Part shown: positions 13,566-32,790 of the stretch, piece after piece | How positions within the stretch are numbered: the stretch's first letter is position 1 | How the letters are laid out: each line of letters opens with the position of its first letter | Made by a program: the position numbers and the translations under genes | Notes under the pieces: generated by a model | The model's input: the letters and a program-made list of their open reading frames with translations, nothing else | The model's database searches: none | Told to the model about the DNA's origin: nothing | DNA from: the human T2T-CHM13v2.0 reference genome, Homo sapiens | Strand: one strand, 5' to 3' | Length of the DNA: 64,000 nucleotides | NCBI RefSeq assembly: GCF_009914755.1 | Contig: NC_060937.1

Positions 13566-13869
13566 GTGTATTATTTATTTCAAACTGTAGGTGAAATTTA
13601 TTTCAATGGAAGATTTCCAATAGAAGCCAATCATTCATGTATTAAAAATAAGAGGGCTATTGTGTCCCCAAAATAGCACTTAGTTGGAAGTCGAAGATCT
13701 GAATTTGAGGACTGGTTGGGACATTTGTTGGCTGTGTAAAGTTGGGCATTCTAGACCCAACATAGTCAAAGTAGACACCTTAGTCTTACCTTACACATGT
13801 ACATTTCTTTCACTTAATAATGAACACAATATTCTCCAGCTAAGGTGGAAAACCTGTTTTCATTCATTA

Positions 13870-14775
13870 TTTTCCTTCTGTGAGCCCTAAATTCACTCAG
13901 TTGCAATGTCCTGTTGGTTCTATATGCGGCAGATCTTCTCCATCTACCACCCTTGTGTCCCCGCCACCCCCTGCCACCCACGGCCTCTATTGAATGCTAG
14001 TGTGATCTCAGACCAGACAATAATGGTTTCCTCACATCCTACCACCAGTCTTTTTCCACAGCTCAGGTGGTGTCCTTCCCTATTGAAAAATGTTCAACCA
14101 GTTCCCCATTATACAAAGACAAAGTCCAGACCTGACATCCCAGGTCTTCTAATAGTTGTCTCCAGCTCAGATTCCTCACTTAGGCTCTCACAACTCTTCT
14201 TCGTACTGCTATCGCCCCAGCAAACTCAGCTCATCACCACTTGATACGCTGTCTTTGCCCCTCCTTGGAGCTTCCATGATTTACCATTGTTGTACTCGTT
14301 CCCACTGTAATCAGTCAACATTCAACAAATATATGTTAGTGCTGTTTCAGTTCCTGTCTTAGCTGCTGAGGTTGTACAAAGGGATTGGACCTGGTCCTTT
14401 CAGAGTTCATTGTCTCATAAAACAGAGATAGACATGTAAACCAATAGTTACAATTTAATATGGTAGATAAGCGCTCAAAGCTGTAATGCTTGTCATAGCC
14501 ATCCTCTCGTGTCTGTATCTTACTCATCCAGTCCTAGTCCACATGCTACTTAATCTCTTATTCCCTTCTCTTATTTCCATGGTGCTTATCTGTGCTTTTC
14601 TTGTAATCTTAATCACTTTCGTCATATTTTAAATGATTGTGTTCTCAAGTCTTGTTTTTCTCAATTAGACTTTAAGCTTCTCGCAAGCAATATCCATATT
14701 CCATATTAACCTTTGTGTTTCCATAGTGCCTAGTACAGACTTTTATCTAGTGCTCATGAATGTGCTGACAAAAAT
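13870..14775. mobile_element. Cluster of L2 fragments in mixed orientation
   Basis: attcaacaaatatatgttagtgc (-) near 14320, and ttagactttaagcttctc..catagtgcctagtacag (+) at ~14665-14760. Confidence 0.55.
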
Positions 14776-15507
14776 AATTCCTGAATTTGTGAAACCACAC
14801 AATAAGACAGTGGACCCTTTAAATAAAACCACTTCCTTTGAATAATATGAAAATCTTTGTTGTTTTATCAGGTTTTAGCTTACTAATTTAGTTAAATAAA
14901 AGCCTGATTAGAGGTGTAGAAACATGCATTTCAAAATTAATTCCAAAGGTCGAACATTGCATACAAAACAGTACATGAAACACTAATTATTACTAATATG
15001 TTCTAGGCATTAAAAATACATTTGATTATGATATTCTTTGAAGTGCTTCTGGAGAGTATATAAGAAAAATAAAAGACTCTGGAGGCAAAGTCATATTCAT
15101 TAAATATATAAAAAAAGGAAATATAACTTTTAACAAATATTTCCCACATTAAAGGAGTGTCAGCCCTTAGAAGTTTTTGTGGTTTTACTTGCAAGTGTTA
15201 TTCACTTTGTATTTTAAATTAGAATTTTCCCTTGTAAAATCCTTTTCAAAAAAGGAAAAGGTTAATCTATACTCCCAGAAATATAAAATTATTATTTATT
15301 ACTTGTTTGATACTGTAATAATTGTGAATAAGAACACAGTGAACTGGCACTATTTTTTTGGCAGAGAGACTTAGCATATATTCAAAACATTCTTATTTCA
15401 TTCAGATAACTGACATAGACTTTCATAGCAACTCAGCTAAACAGTAACATATAATTACATGGTTTTTAAAAAAATATTTGGCTTTAATACATTAATTAAT
15501 TAACTAA

Positions 15508-15790
15508 TTTGAGACAGGGTCTCATTCTGTTGTCCACACTAGAGTGCAGTGGTGCAATCTCAGCTCACTGCAGCCTTGACCTCCTGGGCTCCAGTGATTT
15601 TCCTGCCCCAGCCTCTGAATAGCTGGAACTACACATGTGTGCCACCATGCCCAGCTAACTCTTTATTTTTTGAGGAGACAGGGTCTCACTATATTTCCCA
15701 GGCTGGTCTTGAACTCCTGGACTCAAGTGATTTTCCCACCTCAGCCTCCCAAAGTGCTGGGATTACAGTCCTAGGCCACCGCAACCAACC
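15508..15790 (-). mobile_element. AluJ
   Basis: gagacagggtctc..cactgcagccttgacctcctgggctc J diagnostics. The tail is eroded. Confidence 0.9.
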
Positions 15791-18274
15791 TCTCTTTAGC
15801 AGACAAAAGAAAAGGGGGTATATATATAGTCAATTTTGCAACTCACAAAATTATTGTAATGCTTAGAAAGGCTAAATTTAGAAGTTTTGAAATTTTAGAA
15901 AAACATTTAAACATATGGAAAACATCACTCATAATCCCACTATATAGAAAGATTTAAAATGTTGGCATAAGTCCGCCCAGTCTTGTTTCTTTTTCTGTAC
16001 ATTAAAAAAATTGCATAATGAGTTTTATCTTCCTTCCTCTTTTCTGTTTTCTTCTTCAATATTTACTAGTGCTGCAAGGAATAGTAAGAGATGTGGATGT
16101 CAGGGACACAATATAAAGAAACTATACAAGGAACTTCACTGGTCTTTCTTTCCTGCCACCTCACACTTGATGTTCTCCAGGCTTCTGTGTTTGACAAACA
16201 TCTGTGAAAAGTAATGTATGTGCTCAACTCTATGCTGATCTCTAGGTCTAGAATGATAAAACAATGTCCCTGCACTCAAGAATCTTGAGGGACTGTCAAA
16301 AATCAAGTGCCATGTGGCCATTCTTGCTTAAGGTCATATGGCAGAGCAGCGCACAGAGGAAGAAGTAGTCAGTTCTTGTGATTTCAGATCATCTTGTGGT
16401 CTCACGTGAGCTAAATGATCTCATCTATTTTGTTAAGCTCAAAGCTATTTTGTTAATATTTACTTCCCACTTGAGCCAACACTAATGTCCCAAAGTGAGG
16501 GAAAAAATTACAGATAATCTAGGTTAAAACATGCTTGGGACTGACTATTCTGAAGGTGACATGATCATAGGTCATAACTGCCCTTATTCTTCTAGCTCAT
16601 GCAGGCTCAAGCACAGGGCTGTTTGATGAACTCAGGTCCCAAGCACAGATAATGGAGAGACATAAATACTTCTTATAATGAAATATACTCATTAGGAATT
16701 ACAAATGATTTTTTTCAGTGACAATGTTTATCACATATTGTTTATCATTCCTTTTCCTTCTGCCACTTTTATAAGAAGCTGATCACACTCTGCAGGAAGG
16801 TACTATGTCTTGTTTATCATGTGCTCCTTACCCCATACTAAATGCCCAATATGTGTTTGTTGACTTGAATGAAACCAACCTAAAGTATAACTGAGTTTTA
16901 AAAATGTGACCCATGTTGAAAACTTGGCAATATAAATCTAAGTGTGGAAGTGAAACCATTTCATTTTGAATATTGCAATGACTTTTTTCAATTCTTTGAG
17001 GACAGAGGCTATGTCCTCTTCATCTTTGCATTTTCAGTGGCTAAAATATTACTGAGTGCATAGAGGGTACTTATTTAATGCTCACTGAACTGAGTGAAAT
17101 AGAATTGAATTTTTTTGCTAGTCTATAGCAAATCATTAGTACCTGGGCAGCCTTCTACTTCATGCAAACCATTTGCAAATCTTTACTGTCTACTCTCCTA
17201 TTTTTAGAAGAAAGCAAACAAATTGACTTTGAAGTAATTTCCTCAGCTTTCCCCCATCTAACCTATTAGATAACTTCTAGATGTGCCTCGTTCTCAGCAT
17301 CAGCACAGATCTTATCTTGGTATCATTCTTGGATTTTGAGTTTTAAATTATTTACTTTAAGGGAGTAAAAGATTTACAGTAATAAAATTATTTGTTGGAA
17401 ATGAAGGAGGCTCTCACTTACAGAACAAGGAAGTAACCCCCCAGACACAAACATAAAAGTCTCACAGGCTGAACTTAGCTGAAAGCCCTGTTGATGAGCT
17501 TTAAGGGAATTTGAAACCTGGCATAATAAAATCACACCCCTGAGTTTTGCAGGAATGATTACTGCACTGTAATATGTATTGTACTCAGATACTTAGATTA
17601 AAGATATATTTTTATTTTTATTTTGTTATCAATTATGCATCCAGAAGAGAAATTTTATTACTAATGGAACCATTGAAATAGATACCTAGAGGAGTGGATG
17701 GATCACTTTATTTCTTGTCAGGTTCTATATTAGGCTTTCCAAAGCCCATTAGAGTATTTGTCTACTATTGTTATCGTTGTGGAGTAGTGTACCTGGGGGA
17801 AATCTGTAAAGGGGAATGAATAGGCCTGAATTCTATATCTGATTCTGACTTTCCTTGCTGTATATTTTTAGACAAGTAACCTTACACCAGTACCTGGTCC
17901 ATTCCACAACAGGGGAATATCTCATTTAGATTTTCATACCTAAGACATTACCTTATTTTCAAGTAAACACTATCAGTTTTTTTTTAACAGAGGCATAATT
18001 TTATCTTCATGTTAGTTATTGGACTGGACATATAGTTGAGAAAATAGAGCTACTTTTTGCTCAAGGCTTAAAAGCTGTGAAATGGTGGAACTGGCATTAA
18101 TAATTGGCTTTGGAACATTTGTAGCCAAGGTACTTTTCTCTTGCTTTGTAATTGAGCAACTTGAGATTTATGAGTGAATGAAATGCCTAACTTCTGGAAG
18201 GACTCAAGATCTGATTTCAAAAGAAATGATTTTAAAACATTTCAGCTCTTGAAAAATCAAATGAAGAATTAGGA

Positions 18275-18498
18275 TAGTGGTTCTCAAAGTGTGGTCTCCA
18301 GACAAACACCAGCAGCATTACCTGACAACTGGTAATTGGTAAGAAATTACCTGACAACTGGTAAGAACTGATGTTCTCTGTTCCCACGCAAGACCCACTG
18401 CATCAGAAACTCTGGGGGTAAGGTCCAGCAAACTGATTTAACAAGACTTCCTGTTCTCTAGGTGATTCTAATGCCTGCTCAAATTTCTGAAGCACTGC
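18275..18498. mobile_element. MER5A DNA transposon with an internal 19-bp duplication
   Basis: tagtggttctcaaagtgtggtc ... catcagaaactctggggg ... aggtgattctaatgc. attacctgacaactggtaa occurs at 18317-18335 and 18346-18364. Confidence 0.8.
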
Positions 18499-19310
18499 TA
18501 GGCATAGGGAAAGACTTTAGACCCTGTAAAAGGGTGAATGTGCTTTAGAATTTCTTATTTCCAGCCGTGTGATGACCAACGTAGAGGTCAACTATGGGAG
18601 AAAGTACCACTTTCAGACCCAGATCAGGTCAAAAGCAGGATGGGGCCTTTAAGAACCAGTAGCCCCTGGGGACTCTAGGACCAGCACAGAGCACCCAGCT
18701 TTTCTGAGAAATTTCGGGACATTGGAGCTCTTCAGGTTGTACACTTAGCCTTCGCAATTTGAATGTGGAGGCGTTGCTATAATCAGAATCTGGTTTGGGT
18801 TGGAAGCTGTTTGGGATTTAATGTTTATCATCTGAGGCCTAGAAACAGACTTGCTTCACTTGAAGTTCTCACTAAACAATAACTCACATTGTTCTGGAGT
18901 TCTCACATAACAGTAAAGGCATTGAGCTCATTCAAGTCCAAGTATAACAGAGTCACTTTGGGCAATATTTTTTTGCACTTCTTTGAGCTGTGACTTTCCC
19001 TAACTGAGAAGTGGGTATATTGATATGTATTTGAAGAAAAACTTTGAGATTGAAGTTAGAAAATGTTTGTGAACTCACTTCTGAGTTGTAAAGAACTTTA
19101 AAAATGTAAGATATGAATGAGTAGAGGTGGTATGAGTTACTACATCTCAAATAGGATCAGATAGCAACATTTTTGTGGCTTCAAAAGCAGCACCATTTGT
19201 TTATTAACATTATTTTGCTTAATAAAGCAGTATTCTTAATTATGGCAAAATTTAGAAATAATTCTATGGAATGTGATGAAGCTATTTTCACTTTGAATTA
19301 AAAAAAAAAT

Positions 19311-21882
<2,572 letters not shown>

Positions 21883-22385
21883 TTAAATAATGCAGCCTGA
21901 AGATATTTTTAAATTCTCCAAATTGGCTCTCATGCAAAAAAGGCTTATTCAGTACTTTTAAGGACCATTTGAATCATGGGTAAAGGATTATGTTAGATGC
22001 TGAGTGAGTATTTAAGACATAGTAGTTGACATTTGCTCACTGCCCACCATAGCCAGCTGACAATTAGGTAAGAGGGGCAACTCTTCTGGAGCACTTGAGT
22101 CTAGAAGAAAAGAGTGGCCAGAAAAAGATGTCCTAGAAAAATGGATATTAAGCAAACACCTGAAGAAAGAATCCTTTGTTTGTATTCCTGAGATGGTAAT
22201 CTGTGAGTCTGCTGTGAATATAAGCTGGGTACACTGCCAAAGAACAGGGCAAAAGGAGTAGTAGCCTTATTTCTGTTCTAGCTCACTAGAAATTAAGAAG
22301 ATGTCTCAGGTCAAAAAATAAAAATAAATGAACCAGTAAATAAGCTGTAAAGTTCAAGAGTATGAAGAGCAGTTTAAATTCAGTA

Positions 22386-22399
22386 ACACTAGGTGGCAA
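22386..22399 (+). promoter_or_regulatory. Candidate CTCF motif
   Basis: acactaggtggcaa compared with consensus CCASYAGRKGGCR. Motif match only. Confidence 0.3.
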
Positions 22400-22799
22400 A
22401 TATGAGAGGGAAAAAGGCTGATTGTTAATTGGGGTTCGGAGTTCTAAAAACTTCTATTACAAAATAGGTTCAGGGAGTGAGAACATCAGCAAGATGGAGA
22501 AATAGAACTCTCCAATGCTTGTTCCCTGAAGAAACATTAATGCAAACAACTATCCACACACGGAAATATCTTTCCAAGTGCTAAAGAAACCTGGTGAAGG
22601 ACAATAGTGTCTGGATGTAGCACAGAAAGAAAAGACGCATTGAGGAGAGTAGGATGGACATTAGCCACATTGCCCATTCTTCAACCCTGGACAGCACGGC
22701 ATGGAGACAGATACTGCCTAGGAGAGGAAGAAGGAAGTGAGCACAGGACTGTGCCTCAGACTCCAAAACCAGACCCTCCTCAGTAAAATCTAGCACTGA

Positions 22800-23830
22800 T
22801 CTGACTCCATGACCTCAGACTTGAGGCCCCTACCCAAGGACTGGGCCTCCAGGCCAGCACTAGAACCAGGCAAAGTCCCCCACCAGGCTCTAGGCCTTCC
22901 CAGTGGACTTGGTCTCCAGGCTGCCCCACTGCCAACCTGATTTCAACAACTCCAGGGTCCAAACCACCCCTAACAGTGAAGTGGCCCCCATGGCCCCAGG
23001 CTTCAGGCCGACCTCAGCACCAGACCAACACTTGCAGTCCTAGTCATCAGACTGGCACCCCCAGACCCAGCTTCCAGGCCAGCTCCTGTAGGTCCTCACT
23101 CCAGCAGACCCAGGGTTCAGGCTGCCCCAATAGATTCCAGCATCTGACCAACCCCCATGGACCCAGGCTCCAGGACAGCCCCTGTATACCCAGGTAAGTG
23201 GCTATTCCCAAGGCCCCAAGACCTAGGGCAGCCCTCATGGGCCTATCCTCTAGGCCAACACCTGCATACCCAGGCTCCAGGCAAACACTAGTGGACATAG
23301 GCTCCAGGCCAGTACCAGGGTCTAATGCACTAAACCAACACCTGTAATCCTAGGCTCCAGACTGTGTCCTGTGGACCCAGGCTTCATACCAACTACAGCA
23401 CTGAGAAAACCCCAAGTGCCAGGCTGGTCCCTGTGGTCCCAGGCTTCAGATGACCCAGAGTCTAGTGCTGTACCACAGATCCAGGGCCCAAGCTCAACCC
23501 AGTAGACCCCAGTAGACCCCAGTACCAGGCTAGACCACATGGACTGAGGCTGCAAGATTACCCATGAAGACCAAAGTTCTAGGCCAGCAACTGTGGGTCC
23601 ATAGCCCAAACCCATCCCCACAGACTCGAGCTCCAGGCCCACTCCAACACTGAGCCAGCCTCCATGGACTCAGGCTCCAGGTCTATTCCGTGCAAGATCA
23701 GCCCCCATGGATCCAGGCTTTATGCCCAACCCGCAGACCCAGGCACCAGGTTGCCTACCTGCTGACCCAGGCACCACACCAGCCTATCTCAGGACTCCAA
23801 CAGCAAGCTTACCTTCAGATTATGCCAAAT
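22800..23830 (+). repeat. Degenerate C-rich tandem array in the L1M 5'UTR
   Basis: Many copies of (gac)ccaggctccagg(cc) and variants, spaced roughly 30-60 bp apart. Confidence 0.7.
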
Positions 23831-25335
23831 GGCCTGCCCAGAATCTCTAGGCAGGCTGCCTGAAGCAGCTTTTCCACACAAAGCCAGTCTGCAAAGACTG
23901 GAATAAGTCCTCACTTTCTGAATGTGCAGTCATCCATGTAAGGTAACGAAAACACAAAAAACCAAGAAGATATAACAAAACCAAAGAACACACCAAACAA
24001 TAATCTCTTAGTAGCTGACCCACAAGAAATAAAGATATATGGACTGCCTGACAAAATATTCAAAACAACTTTTTTAAGGAACATAGGACAACTTCAATAA
24101 ATACTTAAAAATCTTCAATAAGATCAGGAAAACAATAAAGTACCAATACTAAAAATTAACAGAGAAATTTAAGTTATTTAAAAAAATAGTAATTCTGGAG
24201 CTGGAAAATACAATGAATAAAATGAATAATGCAATAGTGAGCATTAATAGCAAAATTGATCAAGCAGAAGAAAGAACCTATGATTCTGAAGACCGGTTAT
24301 TGGAAAATATAAAGTCAGAGAAGAAAAAAGAATGAAAAGGAATGAAGTAAGATTATAAGATTGATGAGCAAATGTTTGGGTTATAGGAGTTTGTGAAGGA
24401 GAAGAGAAAGATAAAGAATTAAAGTGTTTATTTAAAGAAATATTAGCAGGAAACTTTCCAACTTTGGAGAAAGATATAAATATCTAGGTACAGAAATGTC
24501 AAAATTCTCTAATCAGATTCAATCCAAACAAGATTACGCCAAGACATAATAAAATAAAGCTGTCAAAACTCAAGGAAAGAAAGAGGATCCTGAAAGTATC
24601 AAGATAAAAGAAGCAAATAACATATAAGGAAGTTCTAGTACACATAGGAGTTAATTTCTCAGCAGAGGTGTTACAGGCCAGGAGAGAGTGGGATGATACA
24701 TTAAAAGTGCTGGAAAGAAAAAAAAACTGCCAAGTAAGAATACTGTACCTGAAAAAGGTGTGGTTCAGAAATAAAGGAGAGAGAGTTTCCCAGAGAACAA
24801 AGGCTGAGGGAGTTCAGTCACACCAGAACTGTTTACAAGAAATGCTAAAAGAAGCACATCAGCCTGAAAAAAAAAAGGATACTAAAGAGTAACACAAAAA
24901 CAGCTGAAAGTATAAAACTCACTGAAAAAAGTATATACACAAATTCAGAATACTTTAATACTGTAAAGGTGATGTTTAAATCATTTATATCTTTACTATA
25001 AAGCTGAAAACACAAAACTATTAAAAATAATAGCTATAGTGATTTATTGTGGTATATACAACATAAGAACATGAAAATTACAACATAAAAAATTTATTTT
25101 ATTTTATTTTTTTACTTAACATTTTTTTTTATTATACTTTAAGTTTTAGGGTACACGTGCACAACATGCAGGTTTGTTACATATATATACATGTGCCATG
25201 TTGGTGTGCTGCACCCATTAACACGTCATTTAACATTAGGTATATCTCCTAATGCTATCCCTCCCCTCTCCCCCCACCCCACAACAGTCCCCGGTGTGTG
25301 ATGTTCCCCTTCCTGTGTCCATGTGTTCTCATTGT

Positions 25336-29155
<3,820 letters not shown>

Positions 29156-29218
29156 TATGATGTTAGCTGGTTATTTTGCTCGTTAGTTGATGCAGTTTCT
29201 TCCTAGCCTCGATGGTCT

Positions 29219-30235
29219 TTACAATTTGGCATGTTTTTGCAGTGGCTGGTACCTGTTGTTCCTTTCCATATTTAGTGCTTCCTTCATGAGCTCTTTTAGG
29301 GCCGGCCTGTTGGTGACAAAATCTCTCAGCATTTGCTTGTCTATAAAGGATTTTATTTCTCCTTCACTTATGAAGCTTAGTTTGGCTGGATATGAAATTC
29401 TGGGTTGAAAATTCTTTTCTTTAAGAATGTTGATTATTGGCCCCCTCTCTCTTCTGGCTCGTAGAGTTTCTGCCGAGAGATCAGCTATTAGTCTGTTGGG
29501 CTTCCCTTTGTAGGTAACCTGACCTTTCTCTTTGGCTGCCCTTAACATTTTTTCCTTCATTTCAACTTTGGTGAATCTGATAATTATGTGTCTTGGAGTT
29601 ACTCTTCTCGAGGAGTATCTTTGTGGCGTTCTCTGTATTTCCTGAATTTGAATGTTGGCCTACCTTGCTAGATTGGGGAAGTCCTCCTGGATAATATCCT
29701 GCAGAGTGTTTTCCAACTTGGTTCCATTCTCCCCGTCACTTTCAGGTATACCAGTCAGACATAGATTTGGTCTTTCCACATAGTCCCATATTTCTTGGAG
29801 GTTTTGTTCATTTCTTTTTATTCTTTTTTCTCTAAATTTCTCTTCTTGCTTCATTTCATTCAGTTCATCTTCCATCTCTGATACCCTTTCTTCCAGTTGA
29901 TCATATCGGCTACTGAGGCTTGTGCATTCATCACATAGTTCTTGTGCCATGGTTTTCAGCTCCATCAGGTCCTTTAAGGACTTCTCTGAATTGGTTATTC
30001 TAGTTAGCCATTCATCTAATCTTTTTTCAAGGTTTTTAACTTCTTTGCTGTGGGTTCCAACTTCTTCCTTTAGTTCGGAGCAGTTTGATCATCTGAAGCC
30101 TTCTTCTCTCAACTCATCAAAGTCATTCTCCATCCAGCTTTGTTCCGTTGCTGGTGAGGAGCTGCATTCCTTTGGGGGAGGAGAGGCACTCCGATTTTTA
30201 GAATTTTCAGTTTTTCTGCTTTTTTTTTCCCCCAT
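29219..30235 (-). pseudogene. L1 ORF1p, interrupted by stops
   Basis: MGEKKSRKTENSKN... starts at 30235, has stops at 30089-30091 and 29660-29662, and ends ..YQPLQKHAKL at 29219. Confidence 0.93.
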
Positions 30236-30809
30236 CTTTGTGGTTTTATCTACCTTTGGTCTTTGATGATGGTGACGTACAGATGGGTTTTGGTGTGGAT
30301 ATCCTTTCTGTGTGTTAGTTTTCCTTCTAACAGTCAGGACCCTCAGCTGCAGGTCTTTTGGAGTTTGCCGGAGGTCCACTCCAGATCCTGTTTGCCTGGG
30401 TATCAGCAGTGGCGGCTGCAGAACAGCAGATATTGGTGAAAGGCAAATGTTGCTGCCTGATCGTTCCTCTGGAAGTTTTGTCTCAGAGGAGTACCCGGCT
30501 GTGTGAAGTGTCTGTCTGCCCCTACTGGGGGGTGCCTCCCAGTTAGGCTACTCAGGGGTCAGGGACCCACTTGAGGAGGCAGTCTGTCCATTCTCAGATC
30601 TCAAGCTGTGTGCTGGGATAACCACTGCTCTCTTCAAAGCTGTCAGACATGGACATTTAAGTCTGCAGAGGTTTCTCCTGCCTTTTGTTTGGCTATGCAC
30701 TGCCCCCAGATGTGGAGTCTACAGAGGCAGGCAGGCCTCCTTGAGCTGCAGTGGGCTCCACCCAGTTCAAGCTTCCCGACTGCTTTGTTTACCCACTCAA
30801 GACTCGGCA

Positions 30810-30953
30810 ATGGCAAGTGCCCCTCTCCCAGCCTCGCTGCCACCTTGTAGTTTGATCTCAGACTGCTGTGCTAGCAGTGAGCGAGGCTCCGTGGGCATAG
30901 GACCCTCCGAGCCAGGCACGGGATATAATCTCCTAGTGTGCCATTTGCTATGA
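30810..30953 (+). pseudogene. L1 antisense ORF0 homolog, truncated (47 aa)
   Basis: MASAPLPASLPPCSLISDCCASSERGSVGIGPSEPG matches primate ORF0 (MAGAPPPASLPPCSLISDCCAS...). Ends at an early TGA. Confidence 0.75.
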
Positions 30954-32626
30954 CCATTGGAAGACTGCAGTATTAGGGTGGGAGTGACCCAATTTTCCAG
31001 GTGCCATCTGTCACCCCTTTCCTTGGCTAGGAATGGGAATTCCCTGACTGCTTGCGCTTCCTGGGTGAGGTGATACCTCGCCCTGCTTCAGCTCAGGCTC
31101 GGAGCACTGCACCCACTGTCCTACACCCACTGTCTGACAATCCCCATTGAGATGAACCCGGTACCTCAGTTGGAAATGCAGAAATCATTCGTCTTCTGCG
31201 TCGCTCATGCTGGGAGCTGTAGACTGGAGTTGTTCCTATTTGGCCATCTTGGCTCCACCCCTCCAAAAATTTAAAATGCATGAGGGAGGTGGAGAAAAGT
31301 GTAGAGCTTTTTTTTTACGCAATCAAAGTTAAGTTGTTATCAACTTAAAATAGCCTGTAATAACAATAAGATTTAAAAAATAATCCTCATGGTAACCACA
31401 AAGAAAAAAACCTATAATAGGTATGCAAAAGATAAAATCAAGAAATCAAAGCATACCACTAGACAAAATCACCTAATCACAAAGAAAGACAATAAAAGAG
31501 TAAAGACAAAACAAAAGATCTGCAAAACAAACATAAAACAGTAGCAGTAGGTTTTTATATATCAATGCCTACCTTGAACTTAAACGAATTGAATTGTCTA
31601 ATCAAAAGACATAGAATGTGTACATGTATAAAAGACAAGACACAACTATATAGTGCCTATAAGAGACTCACTTCACATTTAAGGACACACATAGATGAAA
31701 AGTGAAGGGGTATAAAAGATATGGATGTGAATGGAAAATAATGGGGAGCAGAAATAGGTACACTTAAGTCAGATAAAATGAATGTTAAGTTAAAACTGAG
31801 AAAAGAGACAAAGAAGGTCATTCTATAATGAAAGAAGGGTAAATTAAGGAAGTGGATATAACCATTGTAAAAAAATATATATATATATACGCAACATTAA
31901 AGCATCTAAATATATAAGGTAACCCCATCCTAGAGCATTTTCTCATCTCTGTATCTTCAGTGTCTGGAAAATAGCAGATATGGATGAGTAAGTAAAATAA
32001 GATTACCACTTATGTAATTTTTTGGAAAGGATATTTAAACCTCTAAATGTTTATAACAAAAAAAACTTATAGATTTTGGATCAAATATTAAGTCTCTCTG
32101 TGTGTGTGTATACACATATACGTAAGACTTAGTTTCTTCACCTATGAAATGGGATCATTGTGGGCATATACAGTTTTTATAGAGATATTGAGATTAGTTC
32201 ATTAAAATCTTTAAGATGGATTGATATCCTCAAATAAAAAACTTGAATCATTATAATCCATATTATTATGAATAGTTAATATTATAAATTATGGCATATC
32301 TGTAATAATAGGCAAAAATGATTTATGGGGCTATAATAATTTTTGCAAGGCATCATAAAGGGTTATAAAAACCACAAGAGTAAAGCTTGAGTGGTTGTGA
32401 TCACATACACCTAAAATAGAATTATTGCCTCATAATTCAAAATCCCTATACCTTTTATTCTTTCTGGTTATAAACTGCCCAAGGGATGAAATTGGCTCCT
32501 CAGGTCCTAACCAATCCAATTTAATTGGTTAGACTCTAAGTCTATGTGACCAACAATATCCTTGCTTCAAATAATTGCAGCATCTTGGAATATTAGAGTT
32601 GGGATTAATCATTGAGATCTTCTAAT

Positions 32627-32790
32627 CCAGTGGTTCTCAAGTCTGGCTGTGCGTAAGAATCATGTAGCAGCTTTAAAAATTACTAATGTTTACAGTGCCA
32701 TTAGTCTGAAAAAAAAAAAAAAAAACTGTAAAGTTGAGTTCAGGCGTCAGTATTTTTAGAAGGCTACACTAAATTTTAATGTGAGAGCCT
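32627..32790. mobile_element. MER5-type DNA transposon within a MIR-like relic
   Basis: ccagtggttctcaagtctggctgtgc..agaatca..ctttaaaaat ... cagtatttttagaag. Confidence 0.6.

Noticed and set aside
22800-23830. Spaced repeat array as a CRISPR-like locus
   Set aside because: The repeats are degenerate with irregular spacing and similar intervening sequence. There are no cas genes, and the array lies inside an L1 5'UTR in primate DNA.
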